The position numbers and the translations under genes were made by a program. Shown here piece after piece: positions 38,780-52,629 of a stretch of DNA of 64,000 nucleotides. Location of the stretch: assembly GCA_002633005.1 (NCBI GenBank), contig NMRA01000027.1:25656-89655 (forward strand). Reading direction: 5' to 3'. A model generated the notes under the pieces. It did not search any database and was not told the DNA's origin. It saw only the letters and a list, made by a program, of their open reading frames with translations. The stretch is from Phoronis australis (Eukaryota; Animalia; Phoronida). How positions within the stretch are numbered: the first letter of the stretch is position 1; each line of letters begins with the position of its first letter.

Positions 38780-39098
38780 ACAGCACTCTTTCAACACGTG
38801 TGGGATGGTGTACTGATGTCAATGCCGCACCGTTTGGCCAAAACCCTACCAATTGGCTAGAATAACAATAACGTCACAAGCCAAGCTGAAGTCCGTGAGA
38901 TACGGACACAACATCACTAATTTTCGTAAGTTTTTATTCCAGTATTAGACTCAAACTGGATCTGTTTTCTCAACTGGATGTCTCAAAATTTTCATGCTTT
39001 TATTAAGACCTGTGAATTACGGACATGAAGTCCTAAAAGTTGTTCGTCGGCATGAGAAAACGGCATGTAAGATCACTAATCATCGAAATCATCGGTAG
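38780..39098 (+). mobile_element. Penelope-like element pseudo-LTR remnant
   Basis: C-terminal LSHVWDGVL-like remnant, a degenerate hammerhead-like core (38886-38915), then an ORF restart MSQNFHAFIK..YGHEVLKVVRRHEKTACKITNHRNH from ATG 38978. Confidence 0.6.
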
Positions 39099-40475
39099 AC
39101 TGGTTATAAATTAAAATGTGAAAATTTTCAATGAAACGCATTTTGAATATCATATGAAAATTGTCTTGAAAGCCCACATTGCATCTGGCCCCAGGGGCAG
39201 GGGCAGATTGAAAACCAATAGGTACTCCCTACTGACGTCCCATATCCTTGTACCAAATCTTATCAAAACAAAACTAGAGATTTCTGACATATCAAACGCA
39301 CAACTGGACAAAATGGCAACTAGGGGGTACAGCAGTTGTCAAGTCTACCCAAAAATTATCTGGTATCAGGGCATTGCCGTCTCATACACCTGAGTCAACG
39401 TTCACTGAAATACACCAAACAGTTCATAATTAAGGTTATATCAGCAGAGTACAGGGGATATGGTCTACCATTTACCCAATAGTTGAGTTGACTTAGGTAC
39501 ACCATACTTGTGTACAAGAGGTACGGCAGCCCGGCTGCTTACCGATATAGTTCAGTCAAACTAGCTACGTCGTATCAGGTGGTAACAGGGGGTATGGCGG
39601 CCCACAACATATCCATATAGTTGAGTCGAGCTTAGGTACTTCATATCAGGTGTGGACAGAAGATATGGCCCACTACTTACCCATATAGTTGAGTCGACCT
39701 AGATACTTCGTATCAGGTGGGGGTGGCTTGGTGTACACTTGCTCAGCCAGTTTGTTGTGAATTAATATCGACTGACCACTGTCCACTATCATGTCATCCG
39801 AGACACACCGGCACATTTGATCCATTGCAATAGCACACACTTTCACAGGATTTCTTTGAAATGAAGCCAAGTCAAATGTAATCGCATTTCGACCATAGCT
39901 TCGAAAATTGACACGCTTCTTAGCATACATTTCCCCAGCCAGACAGGTATACTGGCACACACAAAGAAGACAATATGTTATTCAACAGACATATTGTCGA
40001 TGTTGCACAGTGAATATCGACAGTGATTTTCCTATCCTAGAACTCTAAGCTCATTAGGCTAGTCTATGAACAAATCAGAGGCAAGTTAAGAGTAATTAGA
40101 TCAAATGCTAGAAACAGACACATGATTCAAATAACAGGTTTGCCATCAACTGTTGTGTGGACTTTCTTGACCACTGTGAAGACTCATGGGCTGAAAGAAG
40201 ACTACTGAAAATATTTTGCACATATAGCAATAGACAGGGTCCTCACTCACCTGAGGGGAAAGGTGCCTGTTAATTCTATAAGGAGAAATTTGGTGGTGTT
40301 TTTACTAACAAGGGAATTTTGCATCGTTTTTTACATAGATGGGATTTTTGTGATATTTATTTCAGTACTACACTAACACTGCTTTTTATGACACTCTTTT
40401 ATGCTTTAAAAAAATAAGGAAATATTAAATTTAAGTTCAACAATAAAAGGTAAGTCACTATTACATCCACCAGTA

Positions 40476-40851
40476 AATTGGAGGTCAAGGGAGTGAAGAC
40501 AATCTACTGTCACATAACAGATAATTGGAGGACAAGGGAGTGAAGACAATCTACTGTCACATAACAGATAATTGGAGGACAAGGGAGTGAAGACAATCTA
40601 CTGTCACATAACAGATAATTGGAGGACAAGGGAGTGAAGACAATCTATTGTCACATAACAGACAATTGGAAGACAAGGGAGTGAAGACAACCTATTGTCA
40701 AATAACAGACAATTGGAGGACAAGGGAGTGAAGACAATCTACTGTCATATAACAGATAATTGGAGGACAAGGGAGTGAAGACAATCTATTGTCACATAAC
40801 AGACAATTGGAAGACAAGGGAGTGAAGACAACCTATTGTCAAATAACAGAT
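40476..40851. repeat. Minisatellite, 47-bp unit x 8
   Basis: Unit AATTGGAGGACAAGGGAGTGAAGACAATCTACTGTCACATAACAGAT. Confidence 0.95.
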
Positions 40852-43492
40852 TCATCAGTTTCTAGGCTTTCACCATCCACACATGACGTAATACGGTTGT
40901 GACACTGCTTGGCTTATGAAGGCAATACCAAGACTATGGTGCATTTTTGCACAAGCACAGAACAATGGGAGTTGTTAGTAAATATCAACAAGGAAAAGAA
41001 TTTTCAAAACTAGTATACTAGCACTGCTAACATCTTGAAAACAAAGAGAGTTAAGCAATGTTTGTAAGGAACTTGCTAGGGACTGCCACCTTGCACCAAA
41101 GAACCCACTTTGCTGGCACAATAATGAAGGGCTTCACCTAAACAATGTTTTTAATTCTCATGACATCCTCAAATTTTCAGTCCTTCCCCCTCGGTGAATA
41201 GACAAGAAGAGCAATGCTGTTTTTAAATTGTTTCTACAATGCATTTATGCACTTTATGGAGTTTAAGGACAAGTATAACAATTTTATAACACAAAACCTA
41301 ACTAAATAAGCTGGAATTTTAAATTTTAAACAAAAATTGATGATTTTTTTGTTTTGCGCCACGTGATGTCATCAGTGGATGACGCTGATCAATTCCGTGG
41401 ATAGCAGTGACTTTGTAAGTTGCGAACACTGATAATAAGAGAGCAACCTTGTCCAGTATTGGGAAGACGTGTATGGAGATAGGGGTGAAGATGACACTCA
41501 GGTCATAGGTGAAACAGATAATGAGTTGGACATCAGCCATAACAACAAACTTAGCGTGTTTGAGGCCTTGGTAACTCGACCTTCCCTTATACCAGCATAT
41601 TCGGCGAGTGATGACGATTCGGAGCCTACTCAATCTGCGGACAGTCCTGATTTTTGAAAGATAAGAACATTTCATTGAATGACAGTTTAATTTTCTAACC
41701 ACATACTGTTGAATTTATGTGTCTCATTACTGTGAATCTAACTGAAGGTTTTACCCTGAATGGCAAAGCCCAGTTGAAAATAGTGGACATTGCTTTCATT
41801 TCTTCAAATGCGACCAAGTGCGTTTGTCATGAACAATCGTATCTAATTACAGTGATGCTAACTGGATTTATTTCTGCTAAATGAAACTCGTTTCTGTCTT
41901 GTCTGTTCCAAAATGATGAAACCTTCGTACTGTTGAAATTCGTAGATTATTTTGGTCCAGTACCCGACTCTAGCCTGTGTGCTGGCTGCGGTCGTGACCT
42001 CAAACTATTTGCGTCTCATCTACATATAGGCATTTCGGTTCGCACTACTTCCCGGTTGGCACCACCATGTTAGCTCAACTCAAGATTACAGCGTCACCTG
42101 TTGTTAATGAATGATACAGCATCATCGATTCTGAATGGTTTTTGCCCATGCCGAGATTCCCACTAAAGTTTTCCTGACATAATATGGAGGACACGTAGCA
42201 GCATTTCACCTTTTTCAGGGCTCAACGCTATTTAAATCGTCAGATCGCATTTTGCGACCTAGCCAAAATCCCAGGTCGCATTTTCAAAATCCAGCTCGTA
42301 TTCATAAATGCCAGGTCGCAAAATTTTCCCGCCATTCTTACGTGCCAAAACTGATTTTTTAGATCATCGAGAAAATGTTTAGATGATGCTCTTACCTGCA
42401 GTGTTAAATACTCACAAATTTCAGATCTCAAAATTGACTTCGTTCATGCAGGAACTGTGTTACTGTTCTTCACGACCGCCATTGAAAGGCTTTAGAGCGC
42501 AAGGCAAGTTGCCGACGTGAAAGTTGAATCAACGCTTTCTAACTGACATGTGCATTCGAATAGTTAAGTTTGCGATGTGAAAAGGGAGAAAATGCCCGTT
42601 TAAAAAGTATCTGGGATTTTGCAATGTCTTTCTTGCTACCGGCTGTCATCAAAGTCGTCAAAGATCCAAACTAACTCGGAGTGCAAATTCCCTCCACTTT
42701 TTGTTCGCAGCCCAAACTTTGCAACTCAACTCGACGTTTGAAAAACATCTGTCGAAAAAAAAGTCCGTGAAACGATGCCCTAACCGAATGACCTATTTGG
42801 ATATGCGGGAACAATTCAGTGCAAATTTCACAACAAAAATGTGGTAATTATGCTGTTAACATACTCAACAATTAGTTTTCCATGAAATGAATAGCCTCGA
42901 AATAACTCCCTCCGTGCGGGTTTCTATAGGGTAATGTACTAATGGCGAGTTTGCTCCTCAGTCACAAAACGACATGCACGTCACAAGTGTTAACTTTCTC
43001 AGCTTTCGGAGGTATAAAACAAAGCCGGGATTTGGTTTTTACATATTGAAAAAAGACAGAAAGCTGAATTTGTTGTGTCTAGGTAGGGAGAACAGCATTT
43101 TTCAAAAATTTTAGAAAATGTGCATGTAATATACATCACGAGAAAGCTCTCTACAAGACTAAAAGAACGGTGCAAAAAAATTTTTAAATCGGACTTACGG
43201 TTCTGGAGAAAATGGTGTTTTTGTGTCAAATTTTTTGGTAAAAATTCTGTCAAATCAAATTTGTGAGTTTGAAATATAATGGTTACAAATCTACGTAACA
43301 TAGACAGACATGTTATACATCATTTCAAAGAAAATTTTATGATGAATAATTTGCAAAAAAGAACATTCCGATTGGACATTCCTGTGCGAAGATATTGACC
43401 TTAAAGTCAACAAAGTCGACGAAGAAAAGTCAGTACGTTCAATTTTGTCGTTTCAAATTGGCATAAAATAACAATTACTCAAGAAAAAAAAA

Positions 43493-43778
43493 NNNNNNNN
43501 NNNNNNNNNNNNNNNNNNNNNNNNNNNNNNNNNNNNNNNNNNNNNNNNNNNNNNNNNNNNNNNNNNNNNNNNNNNNNNNNNNNNNNNNNNNNNNNNNNNN
43601 NNNNNNNNNNNNNNNNNNNNNNNNNNNNNNNNNNNNNNNNNNNNNNNNNNNNNNNNNNNNNNNNNNNNNNNNNNNNNNNNNNNNNNNNNNNNNNNNNNNN
43701 NNNNNNNNNNNNNNNNNNNNNNNNNNNNNNNNNNNNNNNNNNNNNNNNNNNNNNNNNNNNNNNNNNNNNNNNNNNNNN
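43493..43778. other. Assembly gap
   Basis: Run of N. Confidence 1.
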
Positions 43779-44689
43779 AAAACCTAACTAAATAAGCTGG
43801 AATTTTAAATTTTAAACAAAAATTGATGATTTTTTTGTTTTGCGCCACGTGATGTCATCAGTGGATGACGCTGATCAATTCGGTGGATAGCAGTGACTTT
43901 GTAAGTTGCGAACACTGATAATAAGAGAGCAACCTTGTCCAGTAATGGGAAGACGTGTATGGAGATAGGGGTGAAGACGACACTCAGGTCATAGGTGAAA
44001 CAGATAATGAGTTGGACATCAGCCATAACAACAAACTTAGCGTGTTTGAGGCCTTGGGAACTCGACCTTCCCTTATACCAGCATATTCGGCGAGTGATGA
44101 CGAGTCGGAGCCTACTCAATCTGCGGACAGTCCTGATTTTTTGAAAGATTAAGAACATTTCATTGAATCACAGTTTAATTTTCTAACCACTTACTGTTGA
44201 ATTTATGTGTCTCATTACTATGAATCTAACTGAAGGTTTTACCCTGACTGGCAAAGCCCAGTTGAAAATAGCGGACATTGCTTTCATTTCTTCAAATGCG
44301 ACCGAGTGCGTTTGTCATGAACAATCGTATCTAATTACAGTGATACTAACTGGATTTATTTCTGGTAAATGAAACTCGTTTCTGTCTTGTCTGTTCCAAA
44401 ATGATAAAACCTTCGTACTGTTGAAATTTGCAGATTATTTTGGTCCAGTGCCCGACTCTAGCCTCTGTGCTGGCTGCGGTCGTGACCTCAAACTATTTGC
44501 GTCTCATCTACATATAGGCATCGACTTATATGTGAATAGCTCGCATTACCACAAAATCTAGAACAAGAATACAGACTGAAGGAAACTTATTGCAGTCACA
44601 TTCATCGTCTCAATCAACATTTGATACTGAGGCTCCACACCTGACATGTGACTGATAACGACTTTCCCATTTTTACGCTTTATTAGCAT

Positions 44690-44814
44690 ACAAACTGGGC
44701 TGAGGAGCTAGAGACCTGACTCAAGGTCTAGCAGTGTGCCTCAGTGGGACTCAAAATCACGACCTTGGGTAAAGGAAAATGGAAACCTAACCGATCCCAC
44801 TAGGCCACACTGCC
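44690..44814 (-). mobile_element. tRNA-derived SINE head (decayed)
   Basis: Reverse strand GGCAGTGTGGCCTAGTGG (A box) ... TTTTGAGTCCC (degenerate B box). No intact cloverleaf. Confidence 0.5.
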
Positions 44815-45129
44815 TCCTCTACATCATACATTTTCTCATTTCCTGTTATTTGCAATAAAGAATGAGATGCACATTTCCAAGTCACAGTCGTCTGTCGGGA
44901 CTGCTTGCACGCAAACAATGGGACCGACCAGTGCCGCAGTGCGATATCATGGATATTGTCGTGGAATTTAATATAGACATCTTACACGAAAAAAATGCTT
45001 TCCACCACAAAGTTTGATAAGTTGATCGTTTAATAATTAGTAGAAACACCGCTGTTTTGTAATATTTTATCATGTGTTATGCCATGGTTCGAAACTTTGC
45101 AGAAATTTGCAAAAGTTGCCGAAAATGTT

Positions 45130-45598
45130 AGTCAATGAAACGCGTCAAGGATTGATTTTGCATTATCCCATGTCCACTTGACATGTTTACAAGTCATCGG
45201 GAGGGCTGTACTCGATTAGTGTTCTTTTGAACTAGGTTTGAGAACACCCAAATAACAGTCGGGTTCACACGTCTTTATTGCCAGGTATCTGGAGAGAAGT
45301 GTAAAAACTCAGCTTGCATACGTTGCAAATTCCAGTTCGCATTTTGCGACTTGATATGAGCTGTCAAAAATCTCAGCTCGTATTTACAAAGTTCAGATCG
45401 CAAATGCGACCTGCAGCTCAGGGCTCGACGCTATTAAAATCGCCAGGTCACATTTTGCGACCTAGCCAAATTCCAGGTCGCATTTTGCGACTTGATACGA
45501 GCTGACAAATATCTCAGCTCGCATTTCCAAATTTCAGGTCGCAAATGCGACCTGCAGCTCGTTATATCGAGCCCTGCAGCTCCTTATGTCGAGCCCTG
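45130..45598 (+). mobile_element. Right arm of a hAT5-like element with a 158-bp mini-copy (45419-45576) nested near its TIR
   Basis: The mini-copy CAGGGCTCGAC...ATCGAGCCCTG is flanked by the 5-bp TSD CAGCT. Confidence 0.75.
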
Positions 45599-48500
45599 GT
45601 CCAGTGCGAGCACCACCCAATTAAGTGTATAACCCTGTACTAAACTTCCCTGCCTCTCCATACTGGAGAATTTTCAAAATGCATACACCAATTTTTGTTA
45701 AAAATTAACATTATAGTAGTATTCAGATGGACAAAAAAAAATTGTTCATAGTATGGTTTTCGATGTTTAAAAGTCAATGTTCAAAACCATCAACATTAAC
45801 AACCATTGCCCACTGATATACTCAGAGGATTTACAAAAACTGATCATAATTAACAACACCACCCGTTTATACTTTTAGAATACAACTAAACTACATTAAG
45901 ACAAAAAAACAACACACGTTGACTGAATTAGATGTCAATAGTTTCACTGACAATCAAAATCTGCCACTGATTTGGCATTTCCAGTTTAAAAATAAAATTA
46001 AAAGATATCAACCCACAAGTAAACAAAACATTTAGTAGACTGGAGTATTAAAAATAAAATGATGAAAACAGTTTTGAAATATCTTTAAAGCCAATGATCG
46101 TTTGGGCCCTTGTCAAGATGAACACAAGTTTTATTTGTTTTTAGATTGTTTTGTAATATCTAAAATGTTATCAAACAGTACTTTCCACGTTTCAGGCTGT
46201 AAATCTGTGTGCAAATGTCAGAGAAAATCAATTTCAGTAAAATAACAACCAGAAAGTACTAGCCATTACCTTTCCACATCATTACCTTGGAAACAAAAGG
46301 GCGTGCAGAATAGGCATTACAAAAGTTGTCTGAGGGCAAAAGGAATCTTGGCTTATAGAACATGGTCACACACATTGCCATCTCCACGTACCGTAAATCC
46401 AGTAATAGATTTATTGATTCTTATACTATGACCCAACTGGATGACTGAAAACATTCATCGTAGTCTGTAAATGCACCGATTTTGGTCTCGGTAATTGTTT
46501 ACAATATGACGATATTTACATGATTTTGGTATCGTTCGATTCCTCGCAACATTACCTTTCCAAAAATGTATGAATATTTCCCCTACCGCGTGTGCTCCGT
46601 ATTTCGGTTCGCACTACTTCCCGGTTGGCACCACCATGTTAGCTCAACTCAAGATTACAGCGTCACCTGTTGTTAATGAATGATACAGCATCATCGATTC
46701 TGAATGGTGTTTGCCCACGCCGAGATTCCCACTAAAGTTTTCCTGACATAATATGGAGGACACGTAGCAGCATTTCACCTTTTTCAGGGCTCGACGCTAT
46801 TAAAATCGTCAGATCACATTTTGCGACCTAGCCAAAATCCCATGTCGCATTTTCAAAATCCAGCTCGTATTCATAAATGCCAGGTCGCAAAATTTTCCCG
46901 CCATTCTTACGTGTCAAAATTGATTTTTTAGAGAAAATGTTTAGATGATGCTCTTACCTGCAGCGTTAAATACTCACAAATTTCAGATCTCAAAATTGAC
47001 TTCGTTCATGCAGGAACGGCGTTACTGTTCTTCATGACCGCCATTGAAAGGCTTTAGAGCACAAGGCAAGTTGCCGACGTGAAAGTTGAATCAACGCTTT
47101 CTAACTGACACGTGCATTCGAATAGTTAAGTTTGCGATGTGAAAAGGGAGAAAATGCCCGTTTAAAAAGTATCCGGGATTTTGCTATGTCTTTCTTGCTA
47201 CTGGCTGTCATCAAAGTCGTCAAAGATCCAAACTCAGAGTGCAACTTCCCTCCACTTTTTGTTTGCAGCCCAAACTTTGCAACTTAACTCGACGTTTGAA
47301 AAACATCTGTCGAAAAAAGTCCGTGAAACGATGCCCTAACCGAATGACCTACTTGGATGCGCGGGAACAATTCAGTGCAAATTTCACAACAAAAATGTGG
47401 TAACTATGCTGTTAACATACTCAACAATTAGTTTTCCATTAGGTTTCCATAGGGTAATGTACTAATGGCGAGTTTGCTCCTCAATACTTTCCGAGTACGG
47501 GAAAAATAGCTCAGTCACAAAACGACACGCACGTCACAAGTGTTAACTTTCTCAGCTTTCGGAGGCATAAAACAAAGCCGGGATTTGGTTTTTACATATT
47601 AAGAAAAGACAGAAAGCTGAATTTGTTGTGTTAAACGGCTTGACTAACACACCATATATACTGGGGAGCCCAATGTTCGTCCGCCTAAGCATAAAACCGA
47701 CTTGCTGTTGTACTCACCGAATTATTCCACTTCAAAGTTATGATCTGAATAGGATTCGATTTAACTCTTACAGATATACCGCATTCATCGATTCGGAAGT
47801 TTTCTTTAATTTGTGCCGAGTTATTTCAAATGTGCACTGCCTTCGGCAGCCATTTTATTGTGAAACCTAAGTTCGTCATATGCTGCCCCCTTTTGTAAAA
47901 ACTGAGAAACATGCAGAAAAAGGCCAACGAAGTAATGAAAATTGCAACAGCCTGTTTTTATTGACATAAACTCGATTTGAAGCTTTGATGTTGAGCTCTG
48001 CACTGTGGTTTCCAATAAAAGCCAATTGGACAACATTTCAATGCAGTTTAATGGTGAATGCGTGAGGCAAAATGTTAAGAACCCAGCGTATCGCATTTGT
48101 CTGCGGATTTTTCCTTTGGCCTTCTAGATCCTACTAGTGCCTGGGAAAAACAGATACATTGCATAAACAAACCCTGGATCTTGTTTTGTGTCCCGTCGGA
48201 AGAAAATTTAAATTCGAAAACATCTTCTGAAAACGCACAAAAAAGTGTATTAGTAAAATCTACTGATTTTTAAGTGGTTTTAAAAAACAATCGGTAAACT
48301 CACCGATTTTTGTCTCATTACTTTGATACGTGTCTCTTCCGATAAGTTAGTACCTAACGTGCAGACGAGAACTCCAAATTGGAACGCTAAGTCCCGCGTG
48401 GTTGCGCTGCACGCGAAACAAGATGGCGGACGAACTTTGGAGCCTGACGAAAATAGGTAACCGGACGATAGGCATATAGGCTGCGTGTCAATTTTAAACC

Positions 48501-48979
48501 ACGCGCGGTAGTTTGTAGTGTGCTTTAAAAGCCTTTCACTAAGATATTCTGAATGACCTCCTTTCGTCCACATGTGTGCACTATCAAAATGTTTTAAACG
48601 AATAAAACTTCACCCACCCTTCGCTTATTATTGCTGTTTGGCTTTTTTCGTCTTGGATCCACAAGTGTAACTTTGCAATAACACATATACTTGGCTAACA
48701 GCCGATAAACATTTAGCAGTGACATCTCACGACTCTTATTGACAACTTGAAACTCGCGCGCCTACTGGAATTACATGAACATGATAACTACACATAATCC
48801 CAAAAAGATTTTCCTCTTTTATTAGAAGTCTCAACAAAGAATCACCAAATATTATTCCTTTAAAAAAGATGGAATCCTATACATTAACCAAAAATAAAAT
48901 CAGAAATATTAAACACACACCTTTCCTCGGCGTTGTCTTCATTGACAAAGACAACGAAGCCAACTGAAAATTCCCGGTC

Positions 48980-49300
48980 TTCCACAGAACCGTACAGGGA
49001 AAATGTGTACAATAACAATGATTTGAATAATGTACATATTTCTAAATGAAGATTCCTCTAACACCTGACCATAGCATACAAAATAGCTTCACAACAGCTT
49101 TCTGTCAGCCGCTCACTGTGAAACACTGAATACTGTGCTCCGCACACGGCGGTCAATTAGTTTTCTTGCACCTGAAGTCGGTAACGCAGTATGATTTATT
49201 CATTGTTGATTTCTCAAAATATTTGCACTCACGAACTGTATCTATTGAGACAGACTTTGACACAAAAATTGGTTAGGGTGAAAATCATGTAATAACAATG
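48980..49300 (-). mobile_element. Diverged relative of the Kolobok element interior
   Basis: Reverse-complement similarity to 11300-11610 (GAAGATTCC..TAACACCTGACC; TGAGACAGACTTTG). Confidence 0.55.
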
Positions 49301-50629
49301 CCGCCCACAGACAAGCAGTTATTTCATAGCCTCATACGTGGTATTACGACGTACTTTTCGTTCTTTACTGCCGGCGACCATTTCGGGTTCTCGAGGAAAC
49401 CGAAAAATAAAACGATATACCCGCGGCTTATTTAATGTTTATGATGAAAAATTCAGTACAACAGTAAATGTACATACCCAGAAAGCACCAAGAGGCATTG
49501 TATCTGGGTTCAAAACATACAAATAAATACGATTATTATACACATTATGTTGCGCAGGCCGGTTACACAAGTACAAGTTGGAACATACCATCAAAGGAAC
49601 AACAGTTGTCATGCGCGTTATTTCTCTTTTCTTCTACTTTAAAAATGAAAACGTTCAATTTAGTGTTTTTAATCTGCAGTGTCTAAGACGGTAGGGAAAC
49701 AATGCTGCCACGAACAGGCCGTGGTCATCACTTACACCCCTGTTACCTTATTCCCAAACAAAAGAGGCCAGTCAAACGTCTTCCACCCATCATGACGTCA
49801 TTTTTGGGAAACTTGGAAAAAAACAAATTTTCTTTAATATTCAACGTAGAAAATAAATCTGAAACGAAATAAGGCGATCCAGTTAAAAAATTCTCGTTTA
49901 TTTGGCATAACAAGCGCTTAGTAAATGTTATGGTATTCACTAATTCATATTAGCGAAATGTGCAACAGTCACGGTGAAGACAGCAGTGGTAAAACAGTCA
50001 TCGATTTACTTCATTGCAACGGTGTTAAGGTCTTCTGTTTGGCTTTATGTTACGAAGTTTTTCAAAAGTGACCTCGCACATCAATAAACATTACAAAAAG
50101 ACAAAATTGGATGTCAACGTTTGTCATGCGGTCTTTTCAGTGATGAAATTGCTCCAGCGAAGTACTCTGTACCTCAATGATCTCGCCCAAAAGGAACTGT
50201 GATCCTAATGTTCATTGATTTTAAACTTAAAAATTGCATAACTCCCTGAAAAAAAGCATTCGTAACAGATAACCCCGTTTTATGAACATCAAGTAGTGAC
50301 GTAATTGTTCTTATAACATTATTTGATAATATACATACTATAACAAATACATTGATAAATGCAAGGTACAAGATAAGAAATTTAAAAAATAATTATGTAC
50401 ATAATCTGGATGGCACCAAAACCCAAAAAGTTACTTCCGTGATCGTCCATACGCAAATCAAAAAATTAAAGAAAATATATTTATTGAATAAACAATAAAT
50501 TTTGAAAAATTATACAGGAGGAGTGAAAGAAAGTAGCTATATGTGAAAATGAGCTGAAAAAGATTGCAGGATGAAGTGCCATGAAAGATGACAACTAAAA
50601 TAAATAAATAACTGCTAAGAAGTTGAATT

Positions 50630-50760
50630 GAACAAACGACGACAGAAACTTTCTTGAGGTAAAAAGCTCACAATAATTTGAGTTGGACACAGGTCCAAAA
50701 GTTGGCCGTCACTGGAGCAAGAGGACATGAATTGGCGAGTACCCTGCACAGAACAAAATA
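50630..50760 (+). mobile_element. Possible RTE-like LINE 3' remnant
   Basis: LSWTQVQKLA...HELASTL resembles the RTE C-terminal W..V..LA.DR..W..L pattern. Confidence 0.3.
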
Positions 50761-51130
50761 CGCAGTCACCTGCGTCATATCTCAAAGAATTCAAAACTTT
50801 ACGCGCCGCCTTGATTTGCCTTTCCAGGTGACTTTTGTGGACAGTTCAGGCTCACACGAGGCTTGAGTACGTTCCAGTCAATGTTCTTCTGAGGTCACTG
50901 CAAGTGTCATATCTCGTTCAACTTTGTGTCAGAGCACGTAGACTAGCTCTGCCTGTGAATTGAGCTGCCATCTCATTCTGCAGAAACTCAAAAAAAAAAA
51001 AATTAGCATTGACATTTCAAAGAACAGCAGTGAAATCCACCCAGACAATATGCGATCAGCGGGGGAGCGGGGGAGGCAGGACCCCCCCCAAAAATTTCAG
51101 GTGTCAGTGTTAAACCGTGGGAATCACATA

Positions 51131-51240
51131 NNNNNNNNNNNNNNNNNNNNNNNNNNNNNNNNNNNNNNNNNNNNNNNNNNNNNNNNNNNNNNNNNNNNNN
51201 NNNNNNNNNNNNNNNNNNNNNNNNNNNNNNNNNNNNNNNN
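51131..51240. other. Assembly gap
   Basis: Run of N. Confidence 1.
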
Positions 51241-52629
51241 CCATAGGGAAGGGATGGATCAAAAATAATGACGACCAGCACGGAGCGGCATAAAATCAGT
51301 AGGGATGGGGAGAGGGGGACAGCATAAACTCTATAGGGATTATGAGAGGGGGCAGCATATTCTCAATGAGGGTGGGGAGAAGGGAAGGGATATACTCTGC
51401 AGGCCGGGGATGAGGAGAGAGGGTGACATATTCTCAGTGGGGATGGCGAGAGGGGGCGGCTTATACTCTGTAGGCATGGGGAGACGGGGCAGCATATACT
51501 CAGTAGGGATGTTTTGCAAACGACTCGTTCAGTGACTTCACTAGACGCAGGGGTTGCTGAGTGTGTGATAACATCTAGTTTCTTTGCTAACTGCCAAGCA
51601 CAGTCTTTTGTCTGGAATGACAACAAGCAGGCCAATTATCTATTGTTATGTTCGTGGTTTTCATTAAACTTGCAGAGTTCAAAACATAACCTTATATGGC
51701 ACTGGTAGCTAGAATCATAGATTGTGTAAGTTGTGCAAAACAATTCTCTGAAATCTGATTATGACTCATGAGCATATGATCTTTAGTTCTGACAAACAAG
51801 TTTTCAGTTGAGAGTTAGACAGCATAGTGAATAGATGTATCTTGTAGATCTCTAGAATATACCCACGTAAAACCGTAACACAGAGTTGTGTTTGAAAGAG
51901 GTTTTCATACATCTACCAGGTGTGAACACAGTCAAACCCAGAGTGAATTGGTGTCATTGGAAAGAATATTGTCGTAACTTCGGTTGCAGTTGGGCGATTT
52001 TGGCGATTCAAAAGCTAAACATGATCACCATTTGACGAAGATTTCAGAAATACTATTGGTTTATGTTCATATATGTTATACCTTAACTTACATTTTTAAC
52101 AGCACAGCCCAGTCAGGGTAGATACGATCTTACTGGAGATTAGAGCAACTATCGAACAAAAGAAAGCTGGCCTTCCAACCATAAATGCCAGAATGGAGTT
52201 AATCAGTCGTGTAAGATATTGGCTACAGGGGTAAACTTCCCAACTTGTTGTTGGGCTATAGAATCGAACAAGCTGAGAGAAACGGGAAACGCCGTAATGG
52301 AAGCTACAGGAGCAGGCAGAAAATTACAGAGAGGTGAAATTTCCGTCAAAAACTTTGATAAACTTGTTTTGAGACTTTAGAATGATTTCACCACTGAGAT
52401 AGAGAAAGTTTGCTGTTTGTAGTGGGGCTTGTTCTCCTATGACTGATATAGCTGTGTTCAGTGGCAACTTACTGACCAACATTACTGCTGTTATCTGAAG
52501 TGGACCCCTGCCGTTTGGTGGTAAAAGTTCACCATTCAAAACCACCGTGAATGGCTGAAAGGAATCTAGGTTGGTCACTTAGTGTAAATAACCCTTACTG
52601 TGTGTTGTACTGGTAAATTGATGCAAAAC

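Larger units (their letters stand above)
41293..47631. repeat. Near-identical local duplication around a gap: 41293-42033 = 43779-44521 and 42034-43078 = 46601-47631
   Basis: Direct visual alignment with scattered SNPs and small indels. Block B includes the left arm of the hAT5-like family. Confidence 0.9.

Noticed and set aside
41469-41657. Acidic 62-65 aa ORF present twice
   Set aside because: Recurrence is due to the local duplication; no ATG start or recognisable homology.
43453-43848. ORFs spanning N runs (also 50960-51281)
   Set aside because: Gap artefacts.
44735-44814. tRNA gene
   Set aside because: Degenerate B box and no complete cloverleaf; treated as a SINE head.
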